A stretch of DNA of 64,000 nt from Malacoraja senta (taxonomy: Eukaryota), in the NCBI GenBank assembly GCA_038087875.1, contig JAXLNO010000073.1:620001-684000 (forward strand), written 5' to 3'. The notes beneath the pieces are model-generated. The model ran no database searches and was not told the origin of the DNA. It saw only the letters and a program-made list of their open reading frames with translations. Below are positions 51,155 through 63,149 of this stretch, in pieces. Each line of letters begins with the position of its first letter. The stretch's first letter is position 1. Position numbers and translations under genes: made by a program.

Positions 51155-51480
51155 TTTTTAAATCAAAAATAATTAATTTAATTACGATAACAATACAAAA
51201 AAAACAACCCATAAAACCCGTGGTGACACACCCTCCACCATATTACAAAATCACCAAATTATTCACACACTACATTTCCAAACAACTATGCTACAAATAT
51301 ACTAATAAACCACTATATAACCATGTCCCTCTCTAACACCACCCGGGCGCGGATGTAACCAATGGTGCAACCAACTGGCTCGGGCAAAGCCCTCTTCTGC
51401 CTGGCACCGTGACTTGTGGATGGCCAGCTTGGCCAGGCCTAGGAGCAACCCAACCAGGCCTTCTTCAGCCCTGCCCACTC
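51155..51480 (-). mobile_element. L1/Tx1-clade LINE 3' end
   Basis: Minus strand codes LVGLLLGLAKLAIHK, followed by a GT-rich 3' UTR and an A-rich end. Confidence 0.6.
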
Positions 51481-51610
51481 CCTAGATCCCATCACCAGTC
51501 CTTCGGTCGCTGACAGCAGAGTCACTCCTCCCCCTACGGACCCTAGGTGGAGTGGCCATGCTCCTTGCCCTCCGGACCCTGGCTACAAGGGACAGTCTAC
51601 TGGTCCCTGG

Positions 51611-52057
51611 GAGTGTCGCACTGTGGGAGGGGGATGGTGAGGAGGGAGTGACACACTGTGGGAGGGGGACGGTGAGGAGGGAGTGACACACTGTGGGGGG
51701 AGTGATGCACTGTGGGAGGGGCGGTGAGGAGGGAGTGACACACTGTGGGAGGGGCGGTGAGGAGGGAGTGACACTGTGGGAGGGGCGGTGAGGAGGGAGT
51801 GACACACTGTGGGAGGGGCGGTGAGGAGGGAGTGACACACTGTGGGAGGGGCGGTGAGGAGGGAGTGACGCACTGTGGGAGGGGCAGTGAGGAGGGAGTG
51901 CACTGTGGGAGGGGCGGTGAGGAGGGAGTGACACTGGGAGGGGCGGTGAGGAGGGAGTGACACACTGTGGGAGGGGCGGTGAGGAGGGAGTGACACACTG
52001 TGGGAGGGGCGGTGAGGAGGGAGTGACACACTGTGGGAGGAGTAGTGAGGAGGGAGG
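51611..52057. repeat. G-rich minisatellite, about 31-33-bp unit, about 14 copies
   Basis: Unit GGAGTGACACACTGTGGGAGGGGCGGTGAGGAG. Confidence 0.95.
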
Positions 52058-52194
52058 CTGTACCGCTACACCACCATGCCGCTCTTCTCCGCTCTGTACA
52101 CACCAGGTCCACAGCGCAGGATAAAAGCTGTGGAAAGTGAGTCCAGTGAACTGACAGGGTGTTCACTGCTAAAGATTGTTCCTTCTCTCCTCAG

Positions 52195-52566
52195 CCGTGA
52201 TGTCGGGACAGTGGAGAGCGGTCATTCCACTAGATGTGACAGCGCAGAATGGTTTGTGTGCACAGATTCCGTGTCACTACAGGTACCCGTGGTATCTGAA
52301 CAATAAACCACGGATTGGAATCTGGTTTAACAGTGAGACGCAGAACAACAACGAAGGTTCTGTAGCCTTCCACTCCGTGGATCCCAGTCTAGAATCAACA
52401 AAGTTTCAGCATCGGACCCGGCTGTCAGGAGTCCTGAGAGACAACAACTGTTCCCTGGTTATAGACAACGTCAAGCAGCAAGATGCAGGTCCTTATTATT
52501 TCAGAGTTGATTTTGGAGGGGGAAATCGTTACAACTACCCCACTGTAACATGGCTCAGTGTTACTG
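52195..52566 (+). CDS. Siglec-type Ig V-set exon (sialic-acid-binding domain)
   Basis: Acceptor TCTCTCCTCAG|, donor G|GTAAG, 372 nt, phase 1/1; GLCAQIPC, IW, NNCSLVI, DAGPYYFRV: Siglec cysteine pattern, no F-strand Cys, essential Arg retained. Confidence 0.93.
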
Positions 52567-53029
52567 GTAAGTGCTCTGTCTAATTCACTCATTCACTCAA
52601 CAGTTTCTTCCCAGCTGTTATCAGGCAACTGAACCATCCTACCACAACCACAGAGCAATGCTGAACTATCATCAACCTCACTGGTGACCCTCGGACAATC
52701 CTTGATCGGACTTTGTACTGTACACGTTCCCTATTCACACACAGACCACAGCATCAGGATCCTTCTGGTTCATTTCTGGGTCATCGTGACACCTCCAGTT
52801 TTGCACTGTTATTATCAGGTTTTAATTGCCCATAAATGCTCCTAATATCGACTCCATCTACACTTCACTCAGCCTGAACTAAACTAAATAATGACTGTCT
52901 TATCCTTACTGCCCTTAGTGGAGAACTCTGTCCCCATCTTCCCGATCACAGGTCATCATAACATTCCTGATCCCCGACCTTTTCAACCTCCCCTGACCAT
53001 TGTACCTCCTTGTTCAGGGATCATCCTTG

Positions 53030-53445
53030 TTTAGTTTAGTTTAGTTAGTTAATTTTATTGTCACGTGTACCGAGGTACAGTGGAAAGCTTTTGTTGCGTG
53101 CTATCCAGTCAGCGGAAAGACAATACATGATTACAATCGAGCCGTTTACAGTGTTCAGCTGCATGATAAGGGAATAATGTTTAGTGCAAGGTTAAGCCAG
53201 CAAAGTCTGATCAGGCATAGTCTGAAGGTCACCAATGAGGTAGATAGTTCAGGACCGCTCTCTGGTTGCGGTAGGATGGTTCATTTGCCTGATAACAGCT
53301 GGGGAGAAACTGTCCCTGAATCTGGAGGTGTGCGTTTTCACACTTCTGTACCTCTTGCCCGGTGGGAGAGGGGAGAAGAGGGAGTGACCAGGGATGGGAC
53401 TGGTCCTTGATAATCTGGAGGTGTGTGTTTTCACACTTCTATACA
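53030..53445 (-). mobile_element. Rex1-type LINE 3' end (similar copies about 40500-40700, 52600-52710 plus, 56445-56745)
   Basis: HSLFSPLPPGKRYRSVKTHTSRFRDSF. Confidence 0.85.
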
Positions 53446-53543
53446 TTGTAAAAACATCCTTCCTCGTGTGGGGCTGGGATTACGATGTGAACCGATGTAT
53501 CCAGTGATATTTAACTAACAGTATCTGTTTCTGTGTGTGTTAG

Positions 53544-53837
53544 ATTTCACAGATAAACCCACGATATTCCCTGCTGAAATGGTGGCAGGTCAGCCTGTGA
53601 ACGTGACCTGCTCCTTCAACACCACGTGTAATGGAACGGCCCCCACCTTAACCTGGGTCACCCCCGCTGATGAACCAACGTCAGCCTCACACAGCATAAC
53701 TCAGCGGGGAGACACTCTGACATATACTTCTGTTCTGTACCTGACCCCAACGCACAAACATCACGGGCAAAACCTCACCTGCAGAGTCACATACCCAACT
53801 GTCTCATCCGAGCAGAACCTCACAATGACTGTGCAAT
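53544..53837 (+). CDS. Siglec-type Ig C2 exon (domain 2)
   Basis: Acceptor TGTTAG|, donor T|GTAAG, 294 nt; DFTDKPTI...VTCSFNTTCNGTAPTLTW...PTHKHHGQNLTCRV, with the extra Cys typical of Siglec domain 2. Confidence 0.93.
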
Positions 53838-55108
53838 GTAAGTATGGAGATCGTTTATTGTGCAGGAACAGCAATAATCCATTAGCAGTGCTGGTATATA
53901 AGGTCATAGGCGATATGAGCAGAATTAGACCATTCAGCCCATCATGTCTACTCTGCCATTCAAGCATGGCTGATCTATCTCTCCTAACCCCTTTCTCGTG
54001 ACTTCTGCCCATAACCTCTGACACCCGTACTAAACAAATCAACACCAAAAGCTGGAGTAACTCCACGGGACAGGCAGCATCTCTGGACAGAAGGAATAGG
54101 TGACGTTTCGGGTCGAGATCCTTCTTCAGAGTGAAAGTCACGGGAAAGGGAAACGAGAGATATAGACGGTGATGTCGAGAGATGTAGGACCTACCTGATC
54201 TCACGGTTGCTAAACATAGAAACATAGAAACATAGAAAGTAGGTGCGAGAGTAGACCACCAGGCCCATCGAGCCCGCACCGCCATTCGCTCATGGCTGAA
54301 CACTAAACAGACACCCTTACCCACAAACAGTAGACACAAGACACAGAACACAAGACACTACCCTCCCCTTTATATCGCTATCACCCCTCTCCACCCCAAG
54401 AACCGCGTGATCTCCTGGGGGAGGCAAAAAAACGGATAAAAACCCAGGTCCAATTCGGGAAAAAAATCCGGGAAATTCCTCTCCGACCCCAATCCAGGCG
54501 ATCGACACTTGTCCAGGAGATCACTCAGGTCTTACTATACTAACCATACCTAGGTCCATATCCCTGCCCTCTCCCCGTAGCCCCTTATCCCCTTGGCAGC
54601 TAAAAAACCATCTATTTTAGACTTAAACACTTTCATTCTCCTTCCCATTCCCACACTGACTTTTATGTCCTAGGACTCCTGCACTGTTAGAGAGGCTAAA
54701 CGCAAATTGGAGGAACAGCATCTCATATATTGTGCAGTTTACAGCCCAGTGGGATGAATATTGATTTCTCTAACTTCAGGTCGCCCCGGCATTCCCTCTC
54801 TCTCCATCCCTCCCCCACCTAAGTCGTACCAGCGTCTCGTTCTCACCTAACAAACAGCTAACAATGGCATGTTTCCTTTATCATCGTTACCTTTTTGCAT
54901 ATCTTTCATTCATTGTTCTATATCTCTCTACACCATCATCTATATCTCTCATTTCCCTATAGACTAATGTGTGAACGCGTGTTCGATGGTCGGCGCGGAC
55001 TCGGTGGGCTGAAGGGCCTATTTCCGCAGTGTATCTCTAAAGTCTTTTACAATCCAACGATCACCGAAAGTGCCACAAAACATGTTGCTGAATTATATCT
55101 GTTTGCAG

Positions 55109-55390
55109 ACGCTCCCCAGAATCTCTCAATCACTTCCCCCAACAACATGAACAATTCCTGGGTCAGTCTAAAGGAAGGAAACTCTGCAGCGATCCTCTGC
55201 TCCGTCCAGAGTTTGCCAACATCAAACCTGACGTGGAGACATCTCGGTATCACGCTGAACACAACACATTCCCGCAACGAGCTGCGGATGGAGTTCCCTC
55301 AGCTGACACGGCAGGATGCCGGGGTCTATCAGTGTGTGGCGGAGAATGAACACGGGGCAGCAGAGAGGGATGTGACCCTCACTGTAGAAT
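55109..55390 (+). CDS. Ig C2/I-set exon (domain 3) of the Siglec-like gene
   Basis: Acceptor TTTGCAG|, donor T|GTGAGT, 282 nt; YAPQNLSI...EGNSAAILCSVQSLP...W...DAGVYQCVAENEHG. Confidence 0.93.
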
Positions 55391-55454
55391 GTGAGTAGAC
55401 ACACACTGTCATGTCTATAAAGGATTATTGGCCCATGAAAAATGCTGGAATTCA

Positions 55455-55710
55455 CCGCGCACACGCACACCCTCTCACACACACACACACACACTCACTC
55501 ACATCTACACACAGTCTCCCTCTCTCTCACACACACACACACATTCTCTCTGCCCCACACATGAACACCATCACTCACACACACTCTCTCAAACACATAC
55601 ACACTCTCACTCTCTCACACACTCACCCTCTCTCACACACACACACACTCACAAACAATCGCACACACACACACGCTCTCTCACACGCACTCACACACAC
55701 ACGCACACAC
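55455..55710. repeat. (CA/CT)n microsatellite
   Basis: Directly visible. Confidence 0.95.
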
Positions 55711-57379
55711 ATCCTCAAGATCTCGGAGAAAGCCCACGCAGATCACAGGGCGAACGTGCAAACTCCGTACAGACAGGCACCGGTGGTCAGGATCGAACCC
55801 GGGTCTCTGGCGCTGTGAGGCAGCAGCTCTACCCACTGCGCCAGCGTGCCACCCACATCTACAACCTTTTGTGTTCCCCACCTGTATGTAGCCTGTCTGT
55901 CCTCTACCTGACATTGTTGGATCATATTGGCCTTTCTACCCAGAAACCCTCAATGCCTCCCTCTATGTATCGTCACTCCTCACGTTGCTTAAAACACAAA
56001 GTGCTGGAGCAACTCAGTGGGTCAGGCAACATCTTTGGAGTCATAGAGTATTACAACATGGAAACAGGCCCTTCGGCCCAACTTGCCCACACCGGCCAAC
56101 GAGCCCTGTCTAAACTAGTCCCACCTCCCTACTTCGGCCCATATCCCTCCAAACAAGTCCTATCCATGTTACCTATCTAACTGTTTTTAAAATGTTGCAA
56201 TGGATCCAGCCTCAACTACCTCCTCCGGTAGCTCGGTCCATACACCCACCACCCTCTGTGTGAAAATAATTTACCCCTCAGGATCCATTAAATCTCCTCC
56301 CCTCATCTTAAATCTAAGTATAGAATCCTAGCATGCTTAACCTTTCGCTATAGACTGAAGAAGGGTCTCGAACTGAAACGTCACCCATTCCTTATCTCCA
56401 GAGATGCTGCCTGTCCCGCTGAGTTACTCCAGCTTTTTGTGTCTATGTGATTACAATAGTGCCATCCACAAGATAAGGGAATAATGTTTAGTGCAAGAAA
56501 AAGCCAGTAAAGACCTATCAAAGATAGCACAATAGTAATTCAGGACTGCGCTCTGGTTGTGGTAGGATGGTTCAGTTGCCTGATAACAGCTGGAAAGAAA
56601 CTGTCCCTGAATCTGGAGGTGTGCGTTTCCACACTTCTGTACCTCTTGCCCGATGGGAGAGGGGTGAAGAGGGAGTGGCCGGGGTGCGACTCATCCTTGA
56701 TTATGCTGCTGGCCTTGCTGAGGCAGCGTGAGGTGTAGATAGAGTCAACTGGCCAACATGCCCCATCTATACTAGTCCCACATGCCTGCGTTTGGCCCAT
56801 ATCCCTCCAAACCTATCCTATCCATGTACCTGTCCAACTGTTTCTTAAACGTTGGGATAGTCCCAGTCTCAATTACCTCCTCTGGCAGCTCGTTCCGTAC
56901 ACCCACCACCCTTTGTGTGGAAAAAAGTTACCCATCAGGTTCCATTAAATCTTCTCTCCTCTCATCTTAAATCTTTGTCCTCTGGTCCTCGATTCCCCTA
57001 CTCTGTGTGTCTACCCAATCAATTCCTCCCAATGATTTTGCACACCTCTATAAGATCACCCCTCATCCTCCTGCCCTCCAAGGAGTCTCAGCCTGCCCCA
57101 ACCTCCCTGTAGCTCAGGCCTTCAATCCTGGAGGACAAGGGTAAGTGACGTTTCAGCTGAGGTACGTCTTTTATTTACTGTTGTCCTCGAGTTTCATTGC
57201 CTGTATAACTCATTATCACCTACCCCAGAGCCAACAATGGACCATTTGGGCTCGACATTTTGCCTGATCATCGTTGCTTTTGCACATCTTTCATTTATTT
57301 GTGCCATCTATATCTCGTTTCCCACTCCCCGACTCTCAGTCTGAAGAAGAGTCTCGACCCAAAACGCCACGTATTCCTT

Positions 57380-57840
57380 TTCTCCAGAGACGCTGACTGG
57401 CCCGTTGAGTTACTCCAGCACATTGTACCCATCAACGTTCTCCAGAGATGCTGCCTGACCCGCTGAGTTACTCAAGCACTTTGTACCTGTCCACGTTCTC
57501 TAGAGATGCTGCCTGACCCGCTGAGTTACTCCAGCACTTTGTACCTGTCCACGTTCTCTAGAGATGCTGCCTGACCCGCTGTGTTACTCCAGCACTTTGT
57601 ACTTATCTGTGTTCTCCAGAGATGCTGCATGACCCGCTGAGTTACTCCAGCACATTGTACCTGTCCACGTTCTCCACAGAGATGCTGCCTGACCCGCTGA
57701 GTTACTCCAACACTTTGTACCTGTCCACATTCTCCACAGAGATGCTGCCTGACCCGCTGAGTTATTCCAGCACTTTGTAGCTGTCCACGTTCTCCAGAGA
57801 TGCTGCCTGACCCGCTGAGTTACTCCAGCACTTTGTGTCT
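57380..57840 (+). repeat. Tandem array of about 8 x 58-60 bp derived from the Penelope pLTR
   Basis: Unit CACGTTCTCCAGAGATGCTGCCTGACCCGCTGAGTTACTCCAGCACTTTGTACCTGTC. Confidence 0.9.
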
Positions 57841-57929
57841 ATCATGAATATTTATACAGTATCTTGTTTCAATGAGAAGGTGATATAGGATCGCCTTCAG
57901 ACTTCAAACAGCTGGTTCATGTTTACAAG

Positions 57930-59433
57930 ATCACAAGTTATAGGAATAGAATTAGGCCATTCGGCCCATCGAGTCCACTCCGTAATTCAATCATGGCTCT
58001 CTGTCTCCTAATCCCATTTTCCTGCCTTCTCCCCATAACCCTTGACACCCGTTCTAATCAAGAACTTGTTTTTCTCTGCCTGAAAAATATCGACTGACTT
58101 GGCCTCCACAACCCTCTGTGGCAACGAGTTCCACAGATTAACTACCTTCTGACTAAAGACGTTCTTCCTCACCTCCTTTCTAAAAGAGCGCCCTTTAATT
58201 CTGAGACTATGACCACTGGCTCCTAGACTCTCCCAACAGTGGAAACATCCCACATCCACTCTATCTATGCCTTTCATTATTCTGTAAGTTTCAATGAGGT
58301 CCCCACCTCAACCTTCTGATCTCCAGTGAGTACAGGCCCAGTTTTGTCAAGCGCTCATCATACGCTAACCCACTCATTCCTGGAATCATTCTTGTAAACC
58401 TCCTCTGGACCCTCTCCAGAGCCAGCACATCCTTCCTCAGATATGCGGCCCAAATTTGCTCACAATATTCCAAATGCGGCCTGACCAGTGCCTTATAGAG
58501 TCTCAGCAGTACATCCCTGTTTTTGTATTCCAGACCTCTTGATATAAATGCCAGCATTAAATTTGCTTTCCTTCCTACCGATTCGACTTGCAAATTAACT
58601 TTTTGCGAGTCCTGCACCAGCACTCCCAAGTCCCTTTGCACCTCCAATTTCTGGATTCTCCATTTAGAAAATACTCGTATTACCAAAATGCATGACTTCA
58701 CACTTTGCAAATACTGAATTTCGTCTGCTACTTCTCTGCCCACTCTCCTAACCTGTCCAAGTCCTTCTGCAGAGTCCTTGCTTTCTCTGCGCTATCCACC
58801 TTAGCATCATCTGCAAACTTGGCCACAAGGCCTTCAATCCCCTTATCCAAATCATTAATATACAGCTTTACGAGAAGCGGCCCCAGCACTGACCCTTGAG
58901 GAACTCCACTGGTCACTGGCAGCCAACATGAAAAAGCTCCTTTTATTGCAACACTTTGCCTTCTGACATCCAGCCAATCCGCTATCCATGCTAGTATCTT
59001 CCCTTTAATGCCATGGGTTCTCATCTTCCCCAGCAGCCTGACATACAGCACCTTATTGAAGACTTTCTGAAAATCTAGGTAAAGAAACATAGGAAAAAGG
59101 TGCAGGAGTAGGCCATTCGGCCCTTCAAAATTATCATGGCTGATCATGCAAAATCAGTACCCCATTCCTGCTTTCTCCCCATATCCCTTGATTCCGTTAG
59201 CCCTTAGAGCTAAATCTAACTCTCTTGAAAACATCCAGTGAATTGGCCTCCACTGCATTCTGTGGCAGAGATTTCCACAAATTCACAACTCTCTGGGTGA
59301 AAAGGACTTTCCTCAACTCAGTCCTAAATGGCCTACCCATTATTCTTAAGCTGTGGCCCCTGGTTCTGGATTCCCACAACATCGGGGACATTTTTCCTGC
59401 ATCTAGCCTGTCCAATCCCTTAAGAATTTTATA
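57930..59433 (-). mobile_element. Two CR1/HER1 fragments
   Basis: YLDFQKVFNKV, SGVPQGSVLGP, KFADD, LVRPHLEYC. Confidence 0.9.
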
Positions 59434-60137
59434 TCTACATAATTAAAAGTCTCATCTTGATTTGATTATATTGATTTTAGAAAAGAAATCTGGCCATCTT
59501 ACTCACAGTCCTCCTCTGCTGAGTAGGCCCCGAGGATTATTCCCATCGATGAAAAATAAAAAAGTTATGAGTGTTTAAAAAACCTTGAGATCCTCTCGCC
59601 TGTCAATCACCGCGATGAAGGTAACGCCCCTTCAGGGGGGGGGGGGCGCGGGGCAGATCAATAAAACCCTGGACGTGACAATCACTCTGCAAGATCGCGA
59701 GGGAGAGGCCACGACTCACATTCTAAGCTGCGAATTTAAGCTTTGAATTTCTAAGTAAGATAGTTTACTGCCATATATATGGTGTGTGAGTCAGTGAGTG
59801 TGTGTGTATGTTTGTGAGTGTATGTGTTTGTGAGTGTATGTGTGTGTGTATGTATGTGTGTGTATGTGTTTGTGAGTGTGTGTGTTTGTGAGTGTATGTG
59901 TGAGTGTATGTGTGTGTGAGTGTGTATGTGTGTGTAAGTGTATGAGTGTGTGTGTGTGAGTGTATGTGTGCCTATGTGTGTGTGTGTGTATGTGAGTGAG
60001 TGGTCTCAGTGACTGAGCTGCCAGCCCAAGAATACATTCGGCCCACAATGTCCATTCTAGCCCTCTGGAAACCAGTCCCTTCGGCCCACAACACCATGCT
60101 AGCGCTCCAGAACCCCCCCCCCCACTGCCCAGCAAAT
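59434..60137 (+). mobile_element. Non-autonomous Helitron, 3'-truncated, with internal (TG)n
   Basis: Starts A|TCTACATAATTAAAAG (Helitron-type 5' TC end); internal segments are the reverse complement of 61740-61870 and 62880-63090. Confidence 0.7.
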
Positions 60138-60200
60138 CGGGACAGCAGAGAGGGATGTGACCCACATGTAGAATGTGAGTAGACACACACTGACACGTCC
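60138..60200 (+). pseudogene. Remnant of a duplicated Ig exon 3' end plus splice donor
   Basis: CGGGACAGCAGAGAGGGATGTGACCCACATGTAGAAT|GTGAGTAGACACACACTG closely matches 55353-55408. Confidence 0.85.
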
Positions 60201-60339
60201 CTCGAAACGTCATAAGGTCATAAGTTATAGGAGCAGAATTAGATAGCCGAATGACCAAGTCTACTCCGCCATTCAATCATGGCTGATCTATCTCTCCCTC
60301 CTAACCCTATTCTCCTGCCTTCTCATTCAGCCATAGAGT

Positions 60340-61650
60340 TATAGAGCCATAGAATCAGTGATAGAGGGTGATCCAGCGTGGAAACAGGCCCTTTGGCTCA
60401 ACTTGCTTTCAATGGCCTACATGTCCCAGCTACACCCACCTGCACACGTTTGGCCGATATCCCCCCAAACCTGTCCTATCCATGTACCTATCCACATCTG
60501 TTTCTTAAACACTGGGATAGACGCTGCCTCAACTACCTCCTCTGGCAGCTCGTTCCATACACCAACTACCCTTTGTATGAAAAAGTCACCCCCAAGATTC
60601 CTGTTAAATCTTTTCCACCTTCACGTTGAGCCTATGTCCTCTCCGCATTGTCATCTACTCATCTACTCTGGGCAAAAGACTCTGCGTCTACCCGATCTAT
60701 TCCTCTCATGATTTTATACACCTCTATAAGATCACCCCTCATCCTCCTGCGCTCCAAGGAATAGAGTCCCAGCCTACTCAACCTCTCCCTATAGCTCAGG
60801 GCCTCGAGTCCTGGCCACATCCTCGTAAATCTTCTCTGTCCCCTTTCCTGCTTGACAACACCTTTCCTATATTTCCTCTCTCCTCTTCTGAGATGAGGAA
60901 GATTAGATAAAATTATTTGAAGCATTGTGTGCAGTTCTGGTCACCCCATTACAGGAAGGATGTGGTGAGGGTGCAGAATGCTGCCTGGATTAGAGAGTGT
61001 TAGCAATAAGGAGTTTTAAGGAGGGCACAGTGGTTCAACGGTAGAGTTGCTGCCTCACAGCACCAGAGAGCCGGGTTTGATCCTGACTACGGGTGGTTGT
61101 CTGTCGGGAGTTTGTAAGTTCACCTCATGACCTACGTGGGTTTTCTCCGGGTGCTCCGGATTCCTGCCACACTGAGGTCGTACAGGTTTGTAGGTTAATT
61201 GACTTGGTATAATTGTAAATTGTCCCTAGTGTGTGTGGGATAGTGTAAGTGTGCGGGGATCGCTGGTCGGCGTGGACATGGTGGGCCGAATGGCATATTT
61301 CTTGCTTTATGTCTAAACTAAACTAAATTAAAGAGGTTGGAAAGATTTGGATTGTTTTCTATGGAGTTGATAAGTTCATAAGGTCGTAAGTGAAAGGAGC
61401 AGAATTAGGCCATTCGGCCCATTAAGTCTACGCCGCCATTCAATCATGGCTGATCTATCCCACTCTCTCATATCCCCATTCTCCTGTCTTGCCATAACCC
61501 CTGACACCCGTACTAATCAAGAATCTATCTATCACTGTCTCAAATATATCCACTGACTTGGCCTCCACCACCGTCTGTGGCGATGAATTCCACAGATACA
61601 CCACCCAGTTCAAAGGCTGAGGGGAGACCTGATAGAAATATATAAAACTA
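60340..61650. mobile_element. CR1 fragments and an HE1-like SINE (about 61022-61330)
   Basis: ORF 60659..60925 LGLYSLERRRMRGDLIEVYK; SINE box A/B and V-domain. Confidence 0.85.
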
Positions 61651-61937
61651 CTAGACTAAGTGGGACCCGTTGGGTCCCATGTTCACACGGGAGGGCTGGT
61701 CCCCCAACGCAATATTCCACCTCTCCACCAATTCCAATAATGGTGGCCAGTGGGGGGAGCACTTCCAGGAGCGCTAGTATGGGTGTTGTGGGCTGAAGGG
61801 ACTGGTTTCCAGAGGGCTAGTATGGACATGGTGGGCCAAATGGATTATTGGGGTGGCAGCTCAATCACTCAAGCCTGATGTGCTGACAGCTCACTCACGA
61901 CTGATGGGCTGGCAGTTGAATCACGGCTATTCCTTGA

Positions 61938-62775
61938 AATACCATTTCAAGCAGGGTGCAAGGCCACCAAATTCAAGTGCAGTTTCTTACCACTTCAAGG
62001 AGGGTGCTAGGCCACCGAATTCAGGTGCAGTGTCCTACCACTTCAAGCAGGTTGCAAGGCCACCAAATTCAAGTGCAGTTTTATGCCATTTCAAGCAGGG
62101 TGTAAGGCCACCAAATGCAAGTGCAATTTCATGCCAGTTCAAGCAGGGTGCAAGGCCACCAAATGTAAGTGCAGTTTCATGCCATTTCAAGCAGGGTGGA
62201 AGGCCACCAAATTCAAGTGCAGTTTCATGCCATTTCAAGCAGGGTGCTAGGCAACCAAATTCAAGTGCAGTTTCATACCACTTCAAGCAAGGTGCAAGTC
62301 AACCAAATTCAAGTGCAGTTTCATACCATTTCAAGCTGGGTGCCATGCCACCAAATTCAAGTGCAGTTTCCGACCACTTCAAGCAGGGTGCAAGGCCACC
62401 AAATTCAAGTGCAGTTTCGTACCACTTCAAGCAGGGTGCAAGGCCACCAAATTCAAATGCAGTTTCATACCACTTCAAGCAGGGTGCAAGGCCATCAAAT
62501 TCAAGTGCAGTTTCATACCACTTCAAGCAGGGTGCAAGGCCACCAAATTCAAGTGAAGTTTCATGCCACTTCAAGCCAGGTGCAAGGCCACCTAATTCAA
62601 GTGCAGTTTCATGCCATTTCAAGCAGGGTACAAGGCCATCAAATTCAAGTGCAGTTTCTGACCACTTCAAGCAGGGTGCAAGGCCACCAAATTCAAGTGC
62701 AGTTTCCTACCAGTTCAAGCAGGGTGCAAGGACACCAAATTCAAATGCAGTTTCATACCATTTCAAGCAGGGTGA
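61938..62775. repeat. 48-bp minisatellite, about 17 copies
   Basis: Unit CACTTCAAGCAGGGTGCAAGGCCACCAAATTCAAGTGCAGTTTCATAC (16-codon period in ORF 61853..62926). Confidence 0.95.
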
Positions 62776-63149
62776 AACCACCATAAAACCACACAAAACA
62801 CCTCACAAACACCACACTCACAGTTCAATAGACATTCAGTGTGTTCAGTTGATTCCTAGCTCAGACAGAGTCGTGACCTCTCCCTCCCCCATCTTGCAGA
62901 GACTGAGCCACTTCCGGGTTTTATAATCCCTCCCCCTCCCACCAGAAGGGGCGTGGCCTTCATGGCGTGATTGACAGGAGAGAGATTCTCAACATTTTTT
63001 AAACACTAATAACACTTTTATTTTTCATTGATGGGAAGAATTCTCTGCATAATGAGCGGAGGGGGACTGAGTAAGATGACCAAAAATCACAGCCGTAAGT
63101 GGTAGCATTTTATCTAAAATCAATATACAGTGCAAACAGGAAGTTGTCA

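Noticed and set aside
51611..52057. CACTGTG (RSS heptamer reverse complement) in nearly every minisatellite unit next to an Ig V exon
   Set aside because: There is no ACAAAAACC-like nonamer at 12 or 23 bp, and the V exon is a complete spliced Siglec domain, not a rearranging segment.
50255..55390. Assigning the symbol MAG, CD22 or SIGLEC1
   Set aside because: Only three Ig domains are visible and orthology cannot be determined without phylogeny or synteny.
57380..57840. CRISPR-like regular repeats (also 61938-62775)
   Set aside because: These are head-to-tail units without unique spacers, in eukaryotic DNA with no cas genes.
61853..62926. 357-aa repetitive ORF (HFKQGARPPNSSAVSY)n
   Set aside because: It arises from a 48-bp minisatellite inside a Helitron; several frames are open on both strands and there is no splice or promoter context.
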